Of a DNA stretch of 64,000 nucleotides, positions 1-8,574 are shown one piece after another (position 1 is the first letter of the stretch; each line of letters begins with the position of its first letter). The notes under the pieces are model-generated. The model did no database searches and had not been told where the DNA came from. It saw nothing but the letters and a program-made list of their open reading frames with translations. The stretch comes from Acidobacteriota bacterium (GTDB taxonomy: Bacteria; Actinomycetota; AC-67), in assembly GCA_016208485.1 (NCBI GenBank), contig JACQXY010000049.1, positions 2,800 through 66,799 of the forward strand, in the 5' to 3' direction. The translations under genes were made by a program, and so were the position numbers.

Positions 1-680
1 CGCTTGTACTTGTCAGAAACGCCGGCGTCGGGGTGCCAGTACTCCTGGTCGGCCCACGCGGCCGCCTGCACGCCCTCGTAGGCGGGGCCGCCGCTGTTCG
101 CCGCGACGGAGGCGCTCCCGTCCATGAGGTCGATGAACCAGCGAAGCTCGTTGTACTGCTCGTTGTCGACGTTGTCCCCGGTGCACATCGCGAACGCGAT
201 CGGCACCGCCGTCACCGGGCTCACCCCGACGGCCTGGACCTGCCGGCACATCGCCTCGAGGACCTGGAGCGTGAGCGTCTCCTGCGGCCGGAAGGCCGAG
301 GAGAACGGAATCGACTGGCACCCGTTGCCGGGATCGGCGTAGCGGTCGAGGAACTCCACGCGCGCCGGCGACTGCGCGTCGACGATGTGGGTGTCGGTCA
401 GGCGAGCGAAGTGCAGGAGCGACCGGCGCGCCGGGGACGCCGCGCGCGCGGCCAGCTCGGTCCGGAGGAGGTGCACCTCGCCGGGTCCGGCGAGCAGGCG
501 GTAGTAGGAGCCGCGCGAGCCGGACCCCATGAGCGCGCCCTTCAGGATCGTGGAGTCGAGCGTCGTGCCGCCGGTCGCCGCCCCGGCCGAGAGCGCCCAG
601 CGGAGCCTGGGCGCGACCGAGCCGGCCGCGAGTGCGGCCCCGCCGACCCTGAGGAAGTCCCTCCGGCTGATGCGAGCCAT
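1..680 (-). CDS. Tat-secreted metallophosphoesterase-family protein; the 3' end lies beyond the window start (partial)
   Basis: Minus-strand frame open to the window edge, so it is absent from the ORF track. Manual translation from the ATG at 680-678 reads MARISRRDFLRVGGAALAAGSVAP (twin-arginine signal), then ...HFARLTDTHIVDAQSPARVEFLD (calcineurin-like phosphoesterase D-x-H motif), then ...CTGDNVDNEQYNELRWFIDLMDG... GC3 is high. A GTG at 707-705 is an alternative start. Confidence 0.55.
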   Translation of the reverse strand, partial: MARISRRDFLRVGGAALAAGSVAPRLRWALSAGAATGGTTLDSTILKGALMGSGSRGSYYRLLAGPGEVHLLRTELAARAASPARRSLLHFARLTDTHIVDAQSPARVEFLDRYADPGNGCQSIPFSSAFRPQETLTLQVLEAMCRQVQAVGVSPVTAVPIAFAMCTGDNVDNEQYNELRWFIDLMDGSASVAANSGGPAYEGVQAAAWADQEYWHPDAGVSDKYK

Positions 681-958
681 CGAAGGAGGATTCGACGCCG
701 ACCCCACGACCTCCTGCCGGCGGGTCCGGGCAATCCGGCACTACGGCCCGGCGTGCCGCGCCTCCTCCCGCCGACGCGGAATGCCCGACCTCTCTCGATT
801 CGGGTGGTTCTGCGGAAAGCGTGGGAGGACCTCAGGAGGCCAGAGCACCGGGAAGCCGGCCTTGCGGCAGGAGGGGTCTGAGACTTGCGGATCAGGGGGA
901 GCGACTCATGTGGCGTGAGGGTAGCCCCCGGCGCGTCCCAGGAGTATCCTGAGGTGCG

Positions 959-2206
959 ATGGGATCACCGGCGAGCTATATCCCGCGACTCGCTGATGCC
1001 CCGATCGCCGAACTGCTGGGCGAGGTCCCCGCGATCATGCTCCTGGGACCCCGGGCCACCGGCAAGACCACCACCGCCCGGCGCTTCGCGCGATCCGTCG
1101 TGCGGCTCGACAGCGAGGTCGAGGCGGTGGCATTCCGTGCGGACCCGGACGCTGCGCTCCGGGGCCTGGACGAGCCGGTCCTGCTGGACGAGTGGCAGGC
1201 GGTCCCCGGAGTCCTCGCGGGGGTGAAGCGCGCCGTGGACGACGAGCCGCGGCCCGGGCGGTATCTGCTCACCGGCTCGGTCCGCGGCGACGTCGAGGCC
1301 CCCACGTGGCCCGGCACCGGCCGCCTGATACGGCTCACGATGTACGGGCTGACCGTGCGCGAAGCGGCCCGGTCCGGCGGGCGCGCGCTCATCGCGCGGG
1401 TCCGGGAGTCGGGCATCGAGGGCGTGAGCGTGCCGCGCGACCCTCCGGACCTGCGCGGCTACGTCGAGCTCGCGCTGCGTGGCGGGTTCCCCGAGATGGT
1501 CGAGGACCTCTCGCCGGCGACGCGGTCGCGTTGGATCACAAGCTACGTGGACCAGATGGTCACGCGAGACGCGAAGCAGGCCGACGAGGGACGGGACCCG
1601 GTGCGGCTGCGCCGGTATCTCGAGGCGCTCGCGATCCACACCGGATGCGTCGTCGAGGACCGGACTCTCTACGAGGCCGCCGGAATCAACAGGAAGACCG
1701 CGGCTGCGTACGAGCGTCTCCTGCGCAACCTGATCGTCCTCGAGGCCCTGCCGGCCTGGACCTCGAGCCGGCTCAAGCGTCTGACCCGTGGCGCCAAGCG
1801 CCACCTGGTGGATCCGTCCCTCGTCGCCGGCGCGCTGGGCGTGGATCCCGCCGGGGTGATGCGCGACGGGGTGCTGCTCGGGCGAGTCCTCGAGACGTTC
1901 GTCGTCTCGCAGATCCGTGCCGAGGCGGCGCTCGAGCCCATACCTCCCCGCCTCTACCACCTCCGCGCGGAGCAGGGCCGCCACGAGGTGGATCTCGTCG
2001 CGGAGTTCGGGGCCGGGGACCTCATCGCGGTCGAGGTGAAGGCGGACGCCGCGCCGCGCGCCGGCGCCGCGCGCCACCTCGCGTGGCTGCGCGACGCGGT
2101 GGGCGAGCGGTTCCTGGCCGGCCTCGTCCTGCACACCGGCACACACGTCTACGAGCTGGGCCGGCTCATCTGGGCGGTCCCCGTCTGCGCCCTCTGGAGC
2201 CCATAG
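959..2206 (+). CDS. AAA-family ATPase with a DUF4143 C-terminal domain
   Basis: 415-aa ORF with a Walker A motif (LLGPRATGKTT) and a Walker B-like motif (PVLLDEWQ). The overall pattern matches the common ATPase-plus-DUF4143 protein family. The overlapping long ORFs on both strands have low-complexity R/P/G-rich translations and were discarded. Confidence 0.8.
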   Translation: MGSPASYIPRLADAPIAELLGEVPAIMLLGPRATGKTTTARRFARSVVRLDSEVEAVAFRADPDAALRGLDEPVLLDEWQAVPGVLAGVKRAVDDEPRPGRYLLTGSVRGDVEAPTWPGTGRLIRLTMYGLTVREAARSGGRALIARVRESGIEGVSVPRDPPDLRGYVELALRGGFPEMVEDLSPATRSRWITSYVDQMVTRDAKQADEGRDPVRLRRYLEALAIHTGCVVEDRTLYEAAGINRKTAAAYERLLRNLIVLEALPAWTSSRLKRLTRGAKRHLVDPSLVAGALGVDPAGVMRDGVLLGRVLETFVVSQIRAEAALEPIPPRLYHLRAEQGRHEVDLVAEFGAGDLIAVEVKADAAPRAGAARHLAWLRDAVGERFLAGLVLHTGTHVYELGRLIWAVPVCALWSP

Positions 2207-2315
2207 CCGAGGACCCCGGATCCCCGTTTCGGTCGTGCTCGACAACTTGGCTGCCGGCGTCGCCGCTGAGGAACACCACGGCGAGTATCCCACGCTGCCC
2301 GCTGCCTCCACTCCG

Positions 2316-2515
2316 CGCGCTACGGCTTGGCGTGGCGCGCCGGCGGGCGCCGCCCGCGCGCCCCGGACACCCGCGCGCCCGGGGCGGGGCCGGCCCGGGG
2401 CGGGGCCGAGCGCGGAGCCCGGGGCGGGCCGAGCGCGGAGCGCGGGGCGGGACCGAGCGCGGACCGCGGTCCGAGACGCCGGCCGAGGAAATCCAGCACC
2501 GCGCGATTGACGAGC
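2316..2515. repeat. Copy A of a ~190-bp repeat that duplicates the 3' end of the alpha/beta hydrolase gene at 11199-12236; intergenic
   Basis: Near-identical to 11197-11390 and 3497-3690. All three share ggcctggcgtggcgcgccggcgggcgccgcccgcgcgccccggacacccgcgcgcccggggcggggcc...gaaatccagcaccgcgcgattgacgagct. Each contains an internal ~21-bp tandem unit (ggggcgggaccgagcgcggagc-like) present in 2 to 4 copies. Each also has a GC-rich imperfect inverted repeat. Confidence 0.8.
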
Positions 2516-2738
2516 TAGGGCCATCCTCGACGCACACTTCCACGTGCGAAGCCGACGCCTCGAGCAGCTTTGCCCTCGTCGACGGACCGGCCCCGGGACG
2601 CCACGTCCAGCTCGGAGCATGGGGCACCGTAGCCCCTCCCCTCTCTCGTGACGACTCCCGCGAAGACGAACATGTGGCCTCCTGGACGCGCCGGTGCCTT
2701 CGGCGGGATGAATGCGGGTGGCCCTGGGTGTCCGCGCC

Positions 2739-3419
2739 TCAAGCGCGCGTCGCGCCTTTCCCCGGCCTCGCTGCCGTCATGGCAGCAGCCAGGGCAGCGA
2801 CCGTTCCGACGACGAGCGTGATCACAGCCGCCTGGATCGGGCGGAAGACATCGTCGAAGCCACGCATGTCCGAGGAGCATCCCTCTCCGATCCAAGCCCA
2901 CCTGCCGCCCGGACCGGGCGCGTGTGCCGACATCAATCCGTCCGGCGTGAAACAGAGGGAGGAGGTCCAACCCAGCAGGACGGGAATGCTGAGTCCCGCA
3001 AGGACGACACACGCAAGCGTCGTTTGGACCGACGCTCTTCGGCGCACGCCGCTCGCCCCCACCCTGAGGCGCGCCGCGAGGAGGTACAGCAGTCCGGGAG
3101 CGAACAGATAGGCGTAAGCACCCAGTCCGACAACGGCCCCGGCGAGCCGGAAGACCCCCGCTACTCCGGCCAGACGCAGGAGTTCCGGCCTGCCGCGAAG
3201 GCCGAGAGCCGCGAGAGCGGCGGGCCACGCCGAAAGGAGCGCGACCCCCCACATACCCCAGACGACCGTGAGCGAGCCGCCCGTGCCGAGGGGAGCCACC
3301 ATCCTGCCGTCGAGACGCGTGGGGTTGGCCAGGTAGAGGCCGACGGCGACGTCGGCGGCAATCGCGAGAAGACCGATCACGAGTCCCGTCGTGTTACGAC
3401 CAGCGACACGCATTCCCAC
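2739..3419 (-). CDS. Hypothetical polytopic membrane protein
   Basis: 226-aa ORF with several hydrophobic helices (LVIGLLAIAADVAVGLYL, GVALLSAWPAALAALGL, LACVVLAGLSIPVLLGW). It is the last gene of the minus-strand secreted-protein operon. No recognisable catalytic motif. Confidence 0.5.
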   Translation of the reverse strand: MGMRVAGRNTTGLVIGLLAIAADVAVGLYLANPTRLDGRMVAPLGTGGSLTVVWGMWGVALLSAWPAALAALGLRGRPELLRLAGVAGVFRLAGAVVGLGAYAYLFAPGLLYLLAARLRVGASGVRRRASVQTTLACVVLAGLSIPVLLGWTSSLCFTPDGLMSAHAPGPGGRWAWIGEGCSSDMRGFDDVFRPIQAAVITLVVGTVAALAAAMTAARPGKGATRA

Positions 3420-3496
3420 GCCCCCGAACGTCCTTCACGCATCAACATCGCGCCTGGCTTGGATCCTCCTCAGCCAGACTACGTGGCGGGGGCAGG

Positions 3497-3690
3497 ATTG
3501 GCTATGGCCTGGCGTGGCGCGCCGGCGGGCGCCGCCCGCGCGCCCCGGACACCCGCGCGCCCGGGGCGGGGCCGAGCGCGGAGCCCGGGGCGGGACCGAG
3601 CGCGGACCGCGGTCCGAGACGCCGGCCGAGGAAATCCAGCACCGCGCGATTGACGAGCTTCGGGTGCTCGATCAGCGCGCCGTGCGCGCG
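3497..3690. repeat. Copy B of the hydrolase-3'-end repeat; carries a ~70-codon fragment of the hydrolase C-terminus
   Basis: The minus-strand ORF 3502-3735 translates to ...AHGALIEHPKLVNRAVLDFLGRRLGPRSALGPAPGSALGPAPGARVSGARGRRPPARHARP. This matches the last ~70 residues of the 11199-12236 hydrolase (GGTHGALIEHPKLVNRAVLDFLG...). It sits between two operon genes. Confidence 0.8.
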
Positions 3691-3695
3691 CGGGC

Positions 3696-4472
3696 TCAGA
3701 TGGTCATGACCCAGAGAGCGGGGATGGCGCCCCACTCATCGGCACCAACTCTCAGCTGGCATTGCCACAACCCTTCGGTGGGCTCGGAGACGTAGATCCA
3801 TGGCGAGTACCCAATCGCCTCGTATTCCTGCCCCTCAGGACCGCTCACCTCGGCCCAACCCAACTCCGTGCCGAACGCGGCGAACAGATAGCCCTTCGTG
3901 GAGAACTCGTAGGTCTGTACAGCCTCCAGCGACACTCCCCACAACGCGCCAACCGGCCCCATGAGGGCTGCGGCGCCCCCGTGGAAATCGGTCGGGAACG
4001 CATACACAGCGTGGCCAAGCGGCTTCGGAGTTGACGACACCAGAACCCCGCTCACCTCCACGCGGCAACGGATCTCCAGCCCCCATCCCGCCCACGCCGC
4101 TCGAAGAACGGCCGCGCTTCCACCCGTGCTCCCGACTCCCGAGAAAGCGTTGGCAGGTACCGTCCCCTCATGTTCTGCCATGGTCCCGGACCATCCCATC
4201 TCCCCCACTTGCCAGCCAGCGAGAGAGTCCGTCGTGCCGAAGTCCGGAAAAAAGGCCGCCTCGGTGACCCGACCCGAGGTCTCCGTCACCGTCATGGCGA
4301 AGAACCCGGCAGTTGTGCCAGAACTCGGGCTCCTTCGGCACGTCAGGCTGAACTCGGTCGCCGGTGGAAGCGCTGTTTCCACCGCCTCGAAAACACTCGC
4401 GGTGCGAGGCGCAATCCCTGAGAGGGAACTCGTCGGCGTAAGCGCCATGACGAGACTCGTGGTCACGATCAT
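3696..4472 (-). CDS. Secreted hypothetical protein
   Basis: ORF 3696-4523, with the start chosen at the internal Met giving MIVTTSLVMALTPTSSLSG (signal-peptide-like). The mature part is Gly/Thr/Ala-rich with no recognisable domain. It lies in the same minus-strand operon as the large secreted proteins. Confidence 0.5.
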   Translation of the reverse strand: MIVTTSLVMALTPTSSLSGIAPRTASVFEAVETALPPATEFSLTCRRSPSSGTTAGFFAMTVTETSGRVTEAAFFPDFGTTDSLAGWQVGEMGWSGTMAEHEGTVPANAFSGVGSTGGSAAVLRAAWAGWGLEIRCRVEVSGVLVSSTPKPLGHAVYAFPTDFHGGAAALMGPVGALWGVSLEAVQTYEFSTKGYLFAAFGTELGWAEVSGPEGQEYEAIGYSPWIYVSEPTEGLWQCQLRVGADEWGAIPALWVMTI

Positions 4473-4556
4473 GTACGGCGCCCGATGCTCAAACCGACGC
4501 CCTCCAGCCGGAATCCACCTCACGCGGTAGATGTCACCTCCCGACCGATCACGTCC

Positions 4557-4961
4557 TCACCCCGGTGTCGGTGGGTCGGTCCCACGCGCGCCGCTCGTCG
4601 TGTCCACACTGGCAGGATCCGGTTCACCGCCGTGTCCCAATCCCTCGCCAGGGCCACCGTCTCGGCATGCCCGCCACAGCCATCTCCCGAGCAGGACGAA
4701 ACCAGCGCCGGGTATCGCCAACAGCCACAAGTCGCGGGTCCGGTACCCGGCGCGAATGGCGGCCACCTGGGCTCGTCTTATCCAGAACCCGAACATCGCG
4801 AGGGCCAGGATGAGTCCCTCCCATCGAAGGGGCCCCGTCAGTTTGCCCAAGAACACGCGATAGCCCAGGCCTGCCGCAAATGATATTCCCGTCCAGAAAC
4901 CCAGGAACTGTACGCCCCAACAGATCCCGAACGGCGGTGCGAGCCTGCCCCTTGTCACTTC
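4557..4961 (-). CDS. Small membrane protein with 3 predicted TM helices
   Basis: The ORF 4557-5099 overlaps the upstream gene by more than 100 nt if the first Met is used. A GTG at 4961 follows gaggtacgggga (SD-like) and gives MTRGRLAPPFGICWGVQFLGFWTGISFAAGLGY..., which retains all three hydrophobic helices. The overlap with the stop of the upstream gene is then 17 nt. Confidence 0.4.
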   Translation of the reverse strand, partial: EVTRGRLAPPFGICWGVQFLGFWTGISFAAGLGYRVFLGKLTGPLRWEGLILALAMFGFWIRRAQVAAIRAGYRTRDLWLLAIPGAGFVLLGRWLWRACRDGGPGEGLGHGGEPDPASVDTTSGARGTDPPTPG

Positions 4962-4974
4962 CCCGTACCTCAAC

Positions 4975-7809
4975 CTACGCGAAACAATTGGAGTCGGTGA
5001 TAGTGAACGTGATGCTCGGGGTGCGGAGATAAAGCGGCGAGCTGCGGACGGGGTCATGGAAATCAAACTTCGCATGGGCCCCCCGGTTGAACGCTGCATG
5101 GACTTTCACGGTAACCCGAAGCTGAGCGTAGAAGAACCAGTACTCGGCTTCGCCCATCGCCGCCGTCCAAGAGTAGGTACCTGACTTGGTTTGGTCGCCT
5201 GGGTTGTTGATGGATATGTCCCCAGCAGCGTGCGCGCCGGCGAACGCCACGCTACCCCCGTCACCGTTTGGCTCGGAGCCGATAATCTCATGGCCCTTGT
5301 GAATGCTCGCGTCCGCATCGGCCCATGATTCCCCCAGCCAGACCGGAGGGATAGGCGACAATATTGATGTGTCCGCCTCCGGTCGGCCCCGGCCTCCGTA
5401 CGGCATGGAGACAGTGACATGCATGGGCCTGGGGCAAGACCCCGACTTGCAGAAAAGCCCAACGGCGAACCCAACGCGCCCACTCCCATCGGCCAGGTCA
5501 TCGTTGTTGAAGCCCCACCCTGCCTGCGACGCCTCGCCCCGGACCAGGACGGCATTTCGTCCCGGGGTGGGGTCCGGATCCGCAACGATCTCAGCGTGAC
5601 CCCCGCTGGACCTCTGCTCCGTCGGGGGAGGGAATTCCTTGTAGAAGTAGCCGGCGTCGGCCTCGTTGAGCGTAAGCGTCTTCTTGCATGTGCCTCCGGC
5701 CAAGCTTTCCGGGATTACGGGTAGAAGCCCGGCAGGGGAACCAACGGTCCTTGTTGGACCGGTAGCGGATATCTCGGCGGGGAAGAGATCGCAGGGAGTG
5801 GGCGAGGCGAAAAACAGCGAGCAAATCTCCTGCGCGGTCGAGTTCGAAGAGATCCCTGGCTGGGCGGTCGCCGCAGCCCATGCGTCGGCCACGGCATCGA
5901 AGAGTACAGAATGCCGACTCGTGTCGGCCGTGGCGAGTGACTCGAATCCGTGAAAACGCGGCGAGACGGCTACAGTCCTGCTCGAGCACTTCGGATCAGC
6001 GAAGGATCCCCTCACCACGAACCCGTAGCTGAGGCGCGTTCCTTCGGGCAAGCTCGCACCTGGAACCACCAAGGAGTAGGAACTCGCTCCGGTCCCTGCC
6101 GCAGTCAAGTGCTCGACGGGTCCGCCGTTCAGCGCGTAGTAGAGGATCACTTCGTCCACGCTCAGGCGGGCCGTATCGACCTGAATCGAAAGCGCCCGAT
6201 CCATGGCCGGGGCGATGGCGACTTCTTCGGCGTGGCTGACGGCAGAGTCACAGGCGCTCACGTGGACATCGATGATCGGTGGATCCCAAGCCGCCCATCG
6301 TCCCCCCACGGGGTCGGGAGAGCACGGTTCCTGTGCGGTGGCGGGATCGGCGCACGCATGCGCGCGGGGATCCCGAGTCCCTACGGGGGCCATCTCGAGG
6401 GTGGCGTCATTCCAGGTCGCAGGCACATTGGCCACGAGAGTCCCGAGTTCGGCCGTCGCCGGCACGGAGGCGAGTGTGGCCTCCCCCGTGGCGGCTTCGA
6501 CCCAGACCGGCACGCCCACCGTGCGGGTCGCCCACGCAGAGTCGCCTGCGCGGTAGGCAGGGATCGCCACGCGCGCACCGTACAAGTTCGTGCTCACCAT
6601 GGCCGACTCGAGCCCCACGTCGTGCGTAATCGTGGCGCGGCCCGCATGGCGGCTTCCTGCAACCGTAACGGGGGCGCTCGCCAGGTGGAGGGGCACGTTC
6701 TCGCACGTCGCCCTCTTCATCCCCGTGGTCAGGTCGACCTCACTCGAGACACCGCACGACGTTGGTGGAATGTCCGCCACAGAGGTCTGAGGAACAATGT
6801 TGGTCGGCAGGAACCCGCCGCCCTCGGCGAGAGGCCCGTGCTCAAGGACGGTTTCGTTCCCCGCGTAGTCACGTGCCCGGACGGAGAACCGGTAGAGGAT
6901 ACCCGCCACGAACTGAAGGGGGGACGTCTTCGCGAGCCCGGCGTTCCAGAACGCGGCGGGGGTCGAACTGTTCCCGCGGTCATCCTCCAGCGCAAAGACG
7001 ATCGTGGCGGGATCGAGGTTGGAACCGCCGGAGTCGGTGATGAGCGCCTCGAGCGGCTGGCCGCTCGGGAAGATGGTATTCGACAGGTCCCCCGGGAGGA
7101 GACCAGTGATCTCGGGGGCGGTGTTGTCGACGACATACGGGAGCGATCGCGCCGGCGAGAGAGAGACTCCCGAGGAACACTCCCGGGCCACATAGGTGAG
7201 GAGATACGTGCCCTCCTGAGTGAGCTCGGCCAAATCCACGGTCCAGGACCAGGTCGAACCATCGCCGCCCGACGCCGTCAAGGTGGCCGGGGAAGACGTC
7301 CCCGTACGAGAGTCCGTGACGTACACGCACGACCGCCCGCCGCTGTCGCCGGGGGAGCCGGGAAGAGGTGCCCGGGAGAGGACCGTGAGAACGCCCTGGG
7401 CGGGCCCCCCAGCCGTCGAGAAAACGGCGCGCGAGAGGTCGCCGCTGACCTTGTAGAGAAGAGTGAAGTCCGCTGTCGTGTCGAGAGGAAGGGTCACGTT
7501 CACGGTCTGCGACGCCGGTTCGGTGTCGGCGCGCGAGGCATCCAACGTGTAGCTGCCCAAGTTGCTCTCCCCAAGCTCGTAGGCCCCGGCCGCATCCGCT
7601 TGAACCGTCTGGGAACCGTCGGTGACGGAAGCGCCCGGCAGGGGACGCCCGATGGCGTCTGCCACAACACCGCGGAAGTGGAAGAGCACGACGCCGCCAC
7701 CGATCTCCGAAGCAACAGCCGGTGGAGCCAAGGACAGCAGAAGCGACAGGATCCCGATCCCCGCAGTCTGAACTGACCCGATCCTTGCCCTGTTTGCGCC
7801 CATGATCAT
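4975..7809 (-). CDS. Large secreted protein (944 aa) with an N-terminal carboxypeptidase-regulatory-like (CarboxypepD_reg / Ig-like) domain; function unknown
   Basis: The start ATG at 7809 follows gggagggg. The signal peptide is MIMGANRARIGSVQTAGIGILSLLLSLAPPAVAS. The motif GVVADAIGRPLPGASVTDGSQTVQADAAGAYEL is a typical CarboxypepD_reg beta-sandwich. The rest is a long Thr/Ser/Gly/Ala-rich beta-rich sequence. GC3 is high. Confidence 0.7.
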   Translation of the reverse strand: MIMGANRARIGSVQTAGIGILSLLLSLAPPAVASEIGGGVVLFHFRGVVADAIGRPLPGASVTDGSQTVQADAAGAYELGESNLGSYTLDASRADTEPASQTVNVTLPLDTTADFTLLYKVSGDLSRAVFSTAGGPAQGVLTVLSRAPLPGSPGDSGGRSCVYVTDSRTGTSSPATLTASGGDGSTWSWTVDLAELTQEGTYLLTYVARECSSGVSLSPARSLPYVVDNTAPEITGLLPGDLSNTIFPSGQPLEALITDSGGSNLDPATIVFALEDDRGNSSTPAAFWNAGLAKTSPLQFVAGILYRFSVRARDYAGNETVLEHGPLAEGGGFLPTNIVPQTSVADIPPTSCGVSSEVDLTTGMKRATCENVPLHLASAPVTVAGSRHAGRATITHDVGLESAMVSTNLYGARVAIPAYRAGDSAWATRTVGVPVWVEAATGEATLASVPATAELGTLVANVPATWNDATLEMAPVGTRDPRAHACADPATAQEPCSPDPVGGRWAAWDPPIIDVHVSACDSAVSHAEEVAIAPAMDRALSIQVDTARLSVDEVILYYALNGGPVEHLTAAGTGASSYSLVVPGASLPEGTRLSYGFVVRGSFADPKCSSRTVAVSPRFHGFESLATADTSRHSVLFDAVADAWAAATAQPGISSNSTAQEICSLFFASPTPCDLFPAEISATGPTRTVGSPAGLLPVIPESLAGGTCKKTLTLNEADAGYFYKEFPPPTEQRSSGGHAEIVADPDPTPGRNAVLVRGEASQAGWGFNNDDLADGSGRVGFAVGLFCKSGSCPRPMHVTVSMPYGGRGRPEADTSILSPIPPVWLGESWADADASIHKGHEIIGSEPNGDGGSVAFAGAHAAGDISINNPGDQTKSGTYSWTAAMGEAEYWFFYAQLRVTVKVHAAFNRGAHAKFDFHDPVRSSPLYLRTPSITFTITDSNCFA

Positions 7810-7877
7810 GAATCCCCTCCCGTTTCCGTCTGCCCGCTTGCCTGCCGACATCCGCCGCCTGGTTCCCGGAAACCGCT

Positions 7878-8561
7878 TCAGAGGAGCGAAGAGTCCTCGG
7901 TCACAACGGCGGCGTGGATGAGTCCGCTCACGGAGTCAATCCAGTAGAGATCCGCACGGTTGTCTGCCCCAGATGCAGCCCGGACAGACCTCCCGCCAAC
8001 GGATCCCGTAATCCGAAGCCCCGACACGCCAAAGAAGATGCCATTCTCGTGCACCGGGTCTCGCAGGACGTTGTCCCCGACCAGCGTCTTGCAGATCTCA
8101 AGGCCCAAGGCAGCGTTGGCAGGACACAGCACAACGCTGTCGTGCCCGATGTCTCCGAGCCCCCAGTCGGTCTCGATCAGAACCTTCACCTCACCGGTGC
8201 GGGGCAACACCGCCTCGAGTCGCACGGCAGGGGCCTGCGCCACCCCAACGACAACGCTGAGGCTGCGGGCCGGCACGACCATGTCCTCCACGTAGGGAAG
8301 CCACGTGGTCACCCCGCCGGGGGCGGGCCGCCCGGGCCCAATGAATATCACCCGGACACCCCCATCCATGCGCCATGCCGCGAGGCACGCGAAGTATTCG
8401 ACCGCGGGGTCCGCGCTCTCCAAGCACCCCACGTATCCGACCGGCGAGGACTCGACCCTCGCAAAGACCACCTCTGCGGGGGTGGCGTGCGCGCTCAACG
8501 CCAGGCCTGACACGAGCACTGCCCCGGCGAGCACCGCAGTGATCGAGCGTACGGGCTTCAT
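7878..8561 (-). CDS. Secreted hypothetical protein (228 aa)
   Basis: Internal Met of ORF 7878-8750 gives MKPVRSITAVLAGAVLVSGLALSAHA (signal peptide). It sits 14 nt downstream of the stop of the preceding large gene and 26 nt upstream of the next, so the operon is tightly packed. Confidence 0.6.
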   Translation of the reverse strand: MKPVRSITAVLAGAVLVSGLALSAHATPAEVVFARVESSPVGYVGCLESADPAVEYFACLAAWRMDGGVRVIFIGPGRPAPGGVTTWLPYVEDMVVPARSLSVVVGVAQAPAVRLEAVLPRTGEVKVLIETDWGLGDIGHDSVVLCPANAALGLEICKTLVGDNVLRDPVHENGIFFGVSGLRITGSVGGRSVRAASGADNRADLYWIDSVSGLIHAAVVTEDSSLL

Positions 8562-8574
8562 CGATCCTCCCTCC

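Noticed and set aside
965-3111. Long ORFs antisense to or overlapping the DUF4143 ATPase (965-2620 minus, 1192-3111 plus, and others)
   Set aside because: The translations are Arg/Pro/Gly/Ala low-complexity, typical of non-coding frames in 70% GC DNA. The ATPase frame has clear Walker motifs.
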